From the human T2T-CHM13v2.0 reference genome, Homo sapiens, in the NCBI RefSeq assembly GCF_009914755.1, contig NC_060929.1: DNA of 64,000 bases. The stretch is one strand, 5' to 3'. Made by a program: the position numbers and the translations under genes. The notes beneath the pieces are model-generated. The model saw only the letters and a list, made by a program, of their open reading frames with translations, ran no database searches and was not told the origin of the DNA. This document shows, piece by piece, positions 53,673 to 64,000 of this stretch. The number at the start of each line of letters is the position of its first letter. Positions within the stretch are counted from its first letter, which is position 1.

Positions 53673-55308
53673 TATTTATGCACCAAAGCTATGAGGTTTG
53701 GTGCATAAATATTTATAATTGTTTTATTTTCCTGGTAAATTGACCCTTTTGTCATTATATAATGTCTTTCTTTGTGTCTTGTAATGGTTTTTTATTTAAA
53801 GTATATTTTGTCTGACTTTAATGTAGCCACTTCTGCTCTCTTTTGTTACCATTTACACGGGATATCTTTTTCCATCCTTTCACTTTCAGCCTATGTGTAT
53901 TGTTAGATCTAAAGTATGTCTCTTGTAAACAGGGTATAGTTGGATTCTGTTATTTTATCCAGTTAACCAGCCTGTATCTTTTGATTGGGGAGTTTAATCT
54001 GTTTACATTTAAAATAATTACCGATAGGCAAGGACTTATTGCCGTTTTGTTAGTTGCTGTCTATGTCTTGTTCCTTTCCTCTCTCATTGCCTTTCTTTGT
54101 GTTTCATTGATTTTTTTTTCTAGTGGTATGCTTTCATTCCCTTCTCACTTCCTTTTGTGTGTATTCTACAGATATTTTCTTTGTGGTTACCATTGTAAAT
54201 CCATAAAACATCTCAAAGTTATAGTATTCTATTTCAAACTGATAACAACCTAACTCTAATCACATATGAAAACTTTCTCCTTTACTGCTCCACTTCTCCA
54301 TTTGTTACTGATGTTACAAATTACATTTCTATATATTACATGTACATTAATATAGATTTATGGGTTTTGTTTTGTTTTGGGGTTTTTTCATTTAAATTTC
54401 ACATACTAAATTTACAGTATTACGTATTACTATATTTTTCCATGTATTTACCTTTATTGAGAACCTTATATTTTTATACAGCTTTGTGTTTTTGCCTGCT
54501 GTCCTTTCATTTCAACTTAAAGAACTTCCTTTAGCATTTTGTATAGATTAGCTCTAGGTGATGAACTCCCATGGCTTTTCTTTATCTGGGAAAATGTTAA
54601 TTTCTTCTTCACTTTTGAAGAACTGTTTTGCCAGATGCAGTATTCCTGATTAATAGTTTTTTTGTTTTTGTTTTTGTTTCCTTTCAGCACTTTGAGTATA
54701 TCATCCTACTCCTTTCTGGCCTTCAAAGTTTCTGCTGAGAAATTTGCTGATAATATTATGGAAGCTCCCTCATATGTGATAAATCACTTTTCTCTTGCTG
54801 CTCTTAAGTTTCTGTCTTTGACTTTACACAGTTTGACTATAATGTTTCTTAGTATGGTTATCTTTGGATTTTCCTCGTTGGAGTTCTTTGAATTTCTTGA
54901 TCTGTATGTACATTTCTGTCCACAGATTGGGGAAGTTTTCAGCCATTTTTTCTTCAGATAAGCTCTCTTATTTTTTTCTCTCTTACTTTCCCTTCTGGAA
55001 TACCCATCATGCATATATGGACCTGGTTGATATTGTCCTAAATCCCTTATCATCTCTTCACATTTCTTCTTTCTTTTTTCTCCTCTGCTCAGTGATTTCA
55101 GATAACTTGTCTGCAAGTTCACTGATTCTTCATTCTGCCTAAAACTGTTGTTGAATACCTCTAATAAGTTTTTCCATTCCGTTACTGTATTTTTCAGCTC
55201 CAGGATTTCTGTTTGGTTCTTTTTTATAGTTTCTGTGTTTTTCTTGATGTTCTCGTTTTGTTCATGTATCATTTTCCTGATTGTTTTCAATTGTTGGTGT
55301 TCTCTCTC

Positions 55309-55617
55309 TTTTTTTTTTTTTTTTTTTTTTTTTTTGTGAGACAGTCTCACTTTACCACCCAGGCTGGAGTGCAGTGGCATAATCTTGGCTGACTGCAACC
55401 TCTGCCTCCTGGGTTCAAGTGATTCTCCTGCCTCAGCCTCCTGAGTAGCTGGGATTAAAGGTGCATGCCACCATGCCTGGCTAATTTTTGTATTTTTAGT
55501 AGAGATGGGGTTTCACCATGTTGGCCATGCTGGTCTCGAACTCCTGACCTCAGGTGATCCACCCACCTCAGCCTCCCAAAGTACTGGGATTACAGATTTG
55601 AGCTACCGCTCCCAGCC
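55309..55617 (-). mobile_element. AluS nested in the ORF1 of the old L1
   Basis: Full dimer with a long T tract. Confidence 0.92.
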
Positions 55618-57952
55618 TTCTTTTAGCTCATTAAACATCCCTATAATAGTTATTTTAAATTCCCAGTCAGGTAGCTGATAGACCTTTGTTTCTTCAGGGT
55701 AAGTGTCCCGAGTTTTATTTTGTTCCTTTGATTAGGCCATATTTCCCTATTGCTTTGTATGCTTTGTGATTTTTGCTGGGCATTTTGAAAGACAACTACC
55801 TCCCCTAGTCTTTGCATACTGGCTTTGTGCAGGGGAAGACCTTCACTAATACCCCAGCTGGGAGTTCTAGGGCCTCTCAAATGTTTTCTGATATTTTGCT
55901 CCCTCTGGCACCTGCCCGTGGAACTGCAGCTCTAATATGCCTCTCACCTCTGTTTTCAGTGCCTTCCAAACGCTGGTGCTGGGCGTGTGAGTGCCCTTCT
56001 TTAATTAATACAGAAACCAGTTCCTTGGGAATCCCCCAGAAAGCCAGAATGTTGGATGTATGGTTCATTCTTTTATTTCTGTCCTGAGGGAGGAGCTCTG
56101 GCATGGGGGGTGGTGGGTTCTTCTTGGTTGCTCCGCTATTCCACATGGGAGAGAGGCATGCATGAATACACTGAACACTGTGAAATTCATTTCCTACCAC
56201 TTTCATTGGAATTCCTTCTTGGTTTTATAATGGTGTGGGTGCTGTAGCATCTCAACTGGTCTCTCAAGTTCTCACAAGGGTATTCTGATCCGTATATTGT
56301 TAACTTGGTACCTTAGTGGTGGAAAGAGGGCCTCTAGCTTTCTAGTCTACCCCTATAGCTATTGTTCTTTTAAGAAGTATGTTTTCGAAGTTACATTTCT
56401 TCTCTTTCCTCAATGTAACATTTTAGGAAACACCACCTTAAAACAAAGCAAAGCAAAATATAGAAAACAAGAACCTGGCTTGACTGCCACCTTTAGGGGT
56501 ACATCAGATCAGTTGTTTACGTGCTGATTCAGCCTTCATTCTCTCCTATCTTTTTGGATGGAGGTGAGAGTGATGAACTTGTCTTGCTTTTCTCAGAACT
56601 TTAGGGTAAACCTAGGCTTATCATCCTTCCTTAACTGCTAGGAGGGCATATACTATGTATAGATGATGCTGATTAAATCTTTGGAGCTTTAATGATGTGT
56701 GACAGCCAATGAATTTTTCTAATATAGTATAAAAACTTCATGATTTTATATCATTCTTAAAGGAAGAGGCTTTAAAGCAGATGTACTTCTTTTTTCATTT
56801 TAAAGCTTAAGTACTTAGATATATGAGAGAAAATGAAGAAGTATGGAAATTTGATCCTGTACACTTAGCTTCATGAAGAGTGAGATGCATTTTCTGAACA
56901 TAGCCCCATTGACTCTTCTGGAATTAGTTGGAGATAATTTGGTTTGAAATGTCGGCTTTGTAAATAGAAATGGAAATCATTAAAACAGATAAAAGTGAAC
57001 ATAGAAACTGCGAACTAGAATAAACAGTATGTTGGAAATGACCATGTGGCTCAATTTTGCATCAGTTTTCTACTTCTTTAGTTCATGATGCCCATTTTAT
57101 GTCATGTGATTACAGCAGTGTGATCAGAGCAGTTAGCATATTCTTGGCATTTTCTCCTCATTAACTTTCACTTCTTCAGAGGGACCTTGAGTAAAATAAA
57201 CACATTTGAGCAGTCTTAAGCAAATTGTTTGAATTGTTTCCTCAGTATACAGAATCAACCAAAAGTAGGTTGGATTGAGTTGAGTTGGGTTTAGTTTAAT
57301 ATCATACTTTACTACAGCATCATACATACATATACAATATTACCTAGCATCTGTAGCACCCATAAAGGATTCTCTAATGCATGTGAAGTAAAAGGAAAGA
57401 GAGTGTTTAAGTCCTGACTTTGAAACTGTTGTGTTAATTGTGAACTTTTGCTGAGTCTATACATTGAAGAAGGTAACACTCAGCATGTTGAGATCACAAC
57501 TGCTAGATTAGTGCTTGGAGGCAGTAGCTGTGCTGATGTGAGGCATTAATGGCTGGGTGAGTTCAATCAGATATCCTGCCTCCAGTGTCTTTGTGTAATG
57601 GTATTTACTAGATTTCAAACAGACTGCTGAGAAAGATGAAATATAATCTCATGTATTATCTCTGTCTTGAAAAAATTAGATAATAAAGTTGTTCTCTTAC
57701 TGGCATATGTTTTATTAACCTTCGTAGAGTCAACTTAAAGGACAGATGTCTGTAGAATTGAAACCTTTTGCTAGAGTGTTATTAAGTGCATTTTTGAGTT
57801 CTAGGAATCATGGGGTTGAGTAGAGCAGGTAAGCATTTTTTAAAACCACTCAGAGGACAATCTTATGTCATATTCTGAGGTTAGCTGGAGAGAAAAAATG
57901 TGATGTAAATTGTGTGCAACTACATTCTTTTTGTTGTTTTTCTTCCTTACAG

Positions 57953-58012
57953 AGCCTGGAGAAAGTTCTTGTGGAATTCAGTCACAAGGAGTTGTTTGAT
58001 TTCTATAACAAG
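57953..58012 (+). CDS. COMMD10: COMM domain-containing protein 10, penultimate coding exon (60 nt, phase 0/0)
   Basis: Polypyrimidine tract + CAG acceptor (AG 57951-57952) and donor AAG|GTCTGT at 58013. Translates SLEKVLVEFSHKELFDFYNK, which I recognise as the C-terminal COMM domain of COMMD10. Confidence 0.95.
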
Positions 58013-58886
58013 GTCTGTATTTTTAAAATAATTTTCTAATATGTGGAGTTTTTTTCATAATATTTTGTTTCATTTTATGAATTCTTATTTTTAAATGTCA
58101 TATTATGGAACTAAGTTCTTTAAACTTCCCTTATAAAAGACCTTATGTTTCACAGGAGGAAGTATAGCAGAAATGAAGAGAATTTGAAAAACTAAATCAG
58201 GAAGAAAAGGAAAATAGTTTTAATTAAAGCAATAGGATTGTTGCTTTAATATAAAACATTAAGTAATGAACTTTGTGATTCCTAGCCACACTGACACTTT
58301 AAATATATATAATGTCAAATACTTTAATTTCTGGGCCCAAGGGTAAAGGGAAACATGCCTTTAGAGATTTATCTGTGAGTATATTTCATGTCTCTTTCTG
58401 AAGACTGATTTTGTAATCCAGGAAAATATACTCCCTCCACCCCCCAACTTTAAAATATTATCAAGTAGGCAGTTCTTCTGCCAGTGTACTGCCACTGGAG
58501 CATGCGTGTGGTTATCCTGTTCAGCCCACCACCACTGTACCCACTCCCTCATATGTAAGCCTCCAATAAAACCCCATGTCTCATTAAAAAAAAAATTATG
58601 GAGTGATAATTTAAAAGGAAACAGCTGAAGACACTTAAAACAACAGTATTAAGAAATCTTCTTTCTTTGAAAATTTGAAAACTTAAATTTTCAAGCACAA
58701 ATTCTAATATCTTCACCTAAAAAGAAAAATATTCTAAGTGGTAATTTTATTGCTATGTGAATGGATTTAATATTCATAGTTACCAGTGCTATTTTTTCCT
58801 TTCTATTTGCATGTGTCTGAATAACACTTGATATGAGTTTCGTTCCCTTCACTAACGTCTTTTTTTTTTTTTGTCTTTGTAAATAG

Positions 58887-58925
58887 CTAGAGACTATACA
58901 AGCACAGCTGGATTCCCTTACATGA
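58887..58925 (+). CDS. COMMD10: COMMD10 terminal coding exon portion (LETIQAQLDSLT*)
   Basis: Branch-point-like CACTAAC at 58850-58856, T-tract, then TAG acceptor (AG 58885-58886). In frame with the previous exon; TGA at 58923-58925. Confidence 0.95.
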   Translation, partial: LETIQAQLDSLT

Positions 58926-59725
58926 TGTTTTCGAAGACTGTTTTTTTCATCACGCTCCTGCCACCTCATTATTTTGCATTGAAGATACATTGCCAGGTTG
59001 TGTTTTCTGAAGGATTCAGTGACTTGCTTTCTGTAAATTATATGGCTTATCACTTCTTAGACAAATAACAACCAATAGAGATCATTGTTAAGAATACTGA
59101 GGTTCTAATATACTTTCTTTAGTTCTGTGAGCCAACAGTAATTATTAAGAACACTTTCCCTTTAAAGGAAACAAAAGTGAATACCATATTGTTTTTACTG
59201 TCATAGTGTTGCTTTCTTGCCTGTCCTGCTTAGTTTTTACTTGCTGGATGATACCATAATGTATCAAGGAGCGTCCATGGATACAAGATAAGATGTGTAC
59301 CTTAGTAGAATACAGAGCTTTGGTAATTACATGAATAAAATTAAGAAAATAGCCATATACAATCAAATACACTATGGCATTTTTATTTGAATATGATGAG
59401 TATATTTTGCTTCGGAAATAATATAGGAAGGAAATGTAAAATAGTGAGTAGTATGGTATCAGTTAATTCCAGTCTGAGCTTCTCTGTCAACTTCAGTTTC
59501 TCTCTCAGTTTAATGATTTAATAATAGTCCAGGTTTTTGTGTGTTTTTCTTTATACTGCAAATTAATAATGATTCACTTTATAGTTTGGGAGACAGAATC
59601 AGGTCTTGAATAAAATAATTGTAATGAGTGCTAAATGGGCACCATTATTCGAATCAGATACCTTTTATATTCTCTTTCCATAAATACGTTGATTTCTGTC
59701 AATAAAATTTTTGTGTCTTAGGATT
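58926..59725 (+). other. COMMD10: COMMD10 3' UTR (to the distal poly(A) site; end approximate)
   Basis: AT-rich sequence without recognisable repeats after the stop codon. AATAAA at 59334, 59609 and 59701; GT/T-rich sequence follows the last one. Confidence 0.75.
59701..59706 (+). terminator. Distal polyadenylation signal AATAAA (alternative proximal signals at 59334-59339 and 59609-59614)
   Basis: Canonical hexamers downstream of the stop codon. Which site dominates is inferred, not observed. Confidence 0.7.
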
Positions 59726-59778
59726 GGTTGAAGTGTACATTTTTTAATTATATACATTATAGTATATTTTATGCCATG

Positions 59779-59854
59779 AATGTATGTAAATGAATACATT
59801 TACGTACATTTGTTAAAATGTATGTAATGAATACATTTACATACATTTGTTTAA
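59779..59854. repeat. Tandem duplication of a ~38-bp palindromic unit
   Basis: AATGTATGTAAATGAATACATTTACGTACATTTGTTAA followed by a near-identical copy. Confidence 0.85.
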
Positions 59855-61529
59855 AAAAAACTTGAATTTTTTATGAATGAAATTTCTGTATTGTTTCCAA
59901 AAAGAGAGAGATTCAAACATGACTTGCTTCACATGAAGAAATTTGATTTCAGAAATGTCCTATATTTAAATAAGCAAAGCCATTGAAATTGAAGCACATT
60001 TCTTATTTGAAGCATCTGGGAAATACAACTGTTAAGTATCTCTCAAATATTCAGTATATGGAATTTATACCCACATTTGTTTGTATATCTATTTGTAAGC
60101 TGTTGCTTAGAAGAATTGAGAGTTTGGATTATTTCAGAATACAACTATTACAGTTTTCCATAGTTGATTGAAAGTTTTTAAACTCAAACTTTCATTGGTA
60201 GAATATCTGGAAGGCATGTTTGCAATATAATGTGGCTTGTAGGATCTCTCCTACTTTTTTACGCTCTGTTTTGCCAGTTCTCAAAAGTAAATACCTGAAG
60301 TCCTAGAGGTACTATAAACATTTTGGTAAACATTCTTTGAGACTTTTTCTCATGTACATGTAAATATACATCATCCCAAGTTAAATTTGATAGGCCTTCC
60401 TGACAGTAGCCATATAGATAAATAGAAGTTTTCGTTGGTTTAGTGGCAAAACTGAATTCTTAATGTAGGTATACAAGTTAAATATGATGGTTAGAAATGA
60501 AGTTTTCTGAAAGTAGTTCGTTGTATGCTCCCTAAAAGAATTAGCTTTATATTTATCTTAAGAATATCTCTAAACCTATGCAAAAATATGGCAAATAGTC
60601 TTCTTTCCATTAGTCTAGTTCAACAAAATCTGACTCAGAGACAGTAAAGAAAGGGCAAGTAGAAGATCTAATGCCAACTAAGAAGATAATTATTTCTGAA
60701 ATATTTAGTTGAAGATAACTTTCTTTCTTAAGACATTACTGTTGTTATGATGCACAAGTCAAAGAACATGTGGCATTTCCAAAGAGTATTAAATGCATGT
60801 TACTTTTTTATAAAAATAAGATAAATGAGATTAATGGGGCTTGGAACTGCAATCTTGGTAAATAAAGTTACTGTATGTCTTTCACGAGTGTGTGACATGA
60901 GGATTGAATAGACAGAATTGCTTGTTAGAAAGAGGAACTAATTTTTGTATCTATTACAAATTATATTTGTAATTCTTCCCTAATTATAAATTATCATGAT
61001 TATTTTTATTTGGGAAATACCAAAAAATCATAAATAACTAATCTAAACTTACAGAATCCTATCATCCAAAAATGGCCATTAATGACAGTTTGATAGATTT
61101 ATTGCAGTTTTTTTGTATCCATTTATCTTTCTTGTTCATTTTTTCTTCTTTCCTAACAAATTGAAGTAATGCCATAAATTCTGTTTCATACTTTGCTTTA
61201 TGTACCCTTACAGCATGAACATTTTTCATATCTTTATTGCCCAAACATAATTTTAATGTATATTAAATAGTTCATCATTTGAATGATCTATACTTTATAT
61301 ACTTTATATTTCTCAAAATAATTAAATTGTCCAAATTTTGGCACATTTAGATTATTCAAATTTTTGAACGTAGGGAACTCACTGATAAATATAATTATAC
61401 ATAAACCCTAGACCACATCTCTCGTGATATTATTAGTATAGATTCCTAGAAGTAGAGTTGCTATGTCAAAAGTATGAAGATTTATTTTCTATTTTCATCT
61501 TTAATCGGATTTTCATTATAAAAAAACAA

Positions 61530-61812
61530 GGCCAGGTGTGGTGGCTTATGCCTGTAATCCCAACACTTTGGGAGGCTGAGGCAGGAGGATCACCTGAACC
61601 CAGGAGTTTGAGAACAGCCCACGCGACATGGCAAAGCCTTATTTCTATAAAAAAATACAAAAATTATCCAGGCTTGGTGGTGCATGCCTATAGTCTCAGC
61701 TACTCAGGAGGCTGAGGTGGGAGGATCACCTGAGCCCAGGAGGTTGAGGCTGCGAGTCATTCTATCATCCCACTGCACTTCAGCCTAGGTGACAGAATGA
61801 GACCTTTTCTCA
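61530..61812 (+). mobile_element. AluJ
   Basis: Full diverged dimer. Confidence 0.88.
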
Positions 61813-61902
61813 TACATATATATATAGCTGCCCATTAAAACAAAGTTGCACCATTTTGCCATCTCACTTCCTGGAAGTACCTACCTAATACTGCAGACAT
61901 TT

Positions 61903-62412
<510 letters not shown>

Positions 62413-63867
62413 CTATACATTTCACCCTCAACATTTTTTATAACCTGAGGTCAGTGTTTGTTTAGGAAGAGTGATGGGACATATTGAGATATGTCACTTT
62501 GATAACTATAGAAGGATTGAAAAGGAAATCTCTTTAAAAATCAAATATGAGAGCCAATAACTCAGTATTCAAGTGTAAGGGCTTCGAAGTCAGGCATTTA
62601 TTTATTCAACAAGTAATCACTGCTGAGTATGGTGAATATGGTGGCAGGAACTGTGTATGCTAGGTACCATGTTTACAGTGATAGGCAAAACTAGTTCTTG
62701 GCCTCTTGAAATGTAATGTGTTAGTGAAAAGTAAACAAATATGGAATAAATGAACAAATATGGGACAAAATATAATTGGATTCTATTCAGAGAAAATTAA
62801 TGATGGAACCAAACTTGGACTGGGGCATCAAGGAAGGATTCTCTGAGGAGTGAGATTTGAGCTGAGTCCAATATGATGAGTTAAGATGGCACAATAGTAG
62901 AATAGAGTGACAGGCATTCTAGAGAGAATGGCCCATGCAAAATCTCAGAGGATGGGAAAGGCTTAGCGCATTTCAGGAACCAAAAGGTCAGTGTGGCTAG
63001 AGTGTAGTGAACAGATGGCATAGTGGAGTGCACTACAATTAGGTAGACAGGGAGCCATTCTCTTACAAGTTTTGTCGTTTTTACCACCAAAATGTATTGC
63101 AAGTGTATCTCCAGGGCACTACCCTGTCCAAGCTGCCATCAACTTTGCCCTGGACCACCTTTCTTCCATTCTAGCCCTCCTCCAGTCCAGTCGTTGTACA
63201 GAGCTAATTTTTAAAAAATAACCTATTAATTATACCATCTCCCTGCCTAAAACCCTTCAAAGGATCCTATTACACATTAAGTAAAATTTAACGATCTGGT
63301 TTCTCAGGACAGTGCAAAGGTTATATCCTTGTTCTTCTACTTTGTGTGTGTGTGTTGAGCAAGTTAATTTGTGAAAGTTCACTTTACTTATCTTTGTAAT
63401 AGGAATAATAATCTAACTAACATGAGTGTTTTGAAGATTAAGTGAAATTCATGTTAAACATTTAGCATAATCCTTGAATCTCAATCATATAATAAGCATT
63501 AGCTGACATTTTTATAATCATTAAGAAAATAAGCAGACTCTCTGTTGAAATTTTTCCAGGTGAAGTTTGAATTAGAGTCAAAATTGTAGAAAGCTTGCTA
63601 TGAAGCCCCTTCACTTTAAACTTATTTGGCATTCTAATAACAACTCCATTTTATAATCACAGATTCTAACACAATGCCAATTCTGCTTTTATTTTTTATT
63701 TAAAAAATGAGGTAATACATGTATTATGGGACCAGAATGAAAAAAATACTTTCTTCTGAGTACCTTTCCACGTGGCTCTTCTGGCTCTGAGAAATCTTTT
63801 TCTCTACTCAGTGAACTTTGATTTCTTCTTACCGTAAATAATGTCTTCTACACTTTATTCATTATAC

Positions 63868-63935
63868 CAAGGATCAGCAAATGATGGACATGACCCACCA
63901 CTTGTCTTTGTAAATAAAGTTTTATTGGAACACAG
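63868..63935. mobile_element. MER58 fragment
   Basis: TTTGTAAATAAAGTTTTATTGGAACACAG core. Confidence 0.6.
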
Positions 63936-64000
63936 TTGTCTTGCTACCAAACTCACTCTTGAGACTTTCTCCCTTCCTTGCTTTGAAGAAATAATACCAT

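Larger units (their letters stand above)
52000..56340 (-). mobile_element. Old LINE-1 (L1M-type), 5' half: 5' region, ORF1 and start of ORF2; interrupted by MER6B and an Alu
   Basis: ORF1-like KNQTEILELKNTVTE (54784-55398); ORF2-like KGSIYQE..TIINIYAPN (53426-53755) and [14 protein letters not shown] (52313-52495). Confidence 0.85.

Noticed and set aside
59983-60171. 62-aa ORF downstream of COMMD10
   Set aside because: TTG start, AT-rich, no motif or promoter evidence.

Overview
Primate (most likely human or great-ape) genomic DNA, AT-rich and dominated by repeats. It holds the 3' end of COMMD10 on the + strand: about 58 kb of a very long upstream intron, a 60-nt penultimate coding exon (57953-58012, SLEKVLVEFSHKELFDFYNK), the terminal exon (58887-58925, LETIQAQLDSLT*) and a 3' UTR with three AATAAA signals. 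The intron carries three primate L1s (one with an uninterrupted 1312-aa ORF2), older L1M/L2/MIR remnants, about 11 Alu elements, a MER4 solo LTR, an MLT1, and DNA transposons (HSMAR2, Tigger4, MER6B, MER58). Almost all short ORFs in the track are repeat-derived or chance. I see no evidence for a new multi-gene system. The most unusual structures are: (i) a ~314-bp, ~96%-identical inverted duplication of apparently unique DNA fused to the tail of an L1 that lacks a TSD; (ii) the ORF2-intact, promoterless L1 with a +1 frameshift that extends its C-terminus; (iii) a pre-miRNA-like hairpin cluster at ~22.2 kb; (iv) a candidate recursive splice site inside Tigger4; (v) a template-switch micro-triplication at an Alu end; (vi) a polyadenylated LTR-like fragment in the last intron. 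Repeat subfamily names come from remembered consensus motifs, not a database search, and boundaries of old repeats are approximate.
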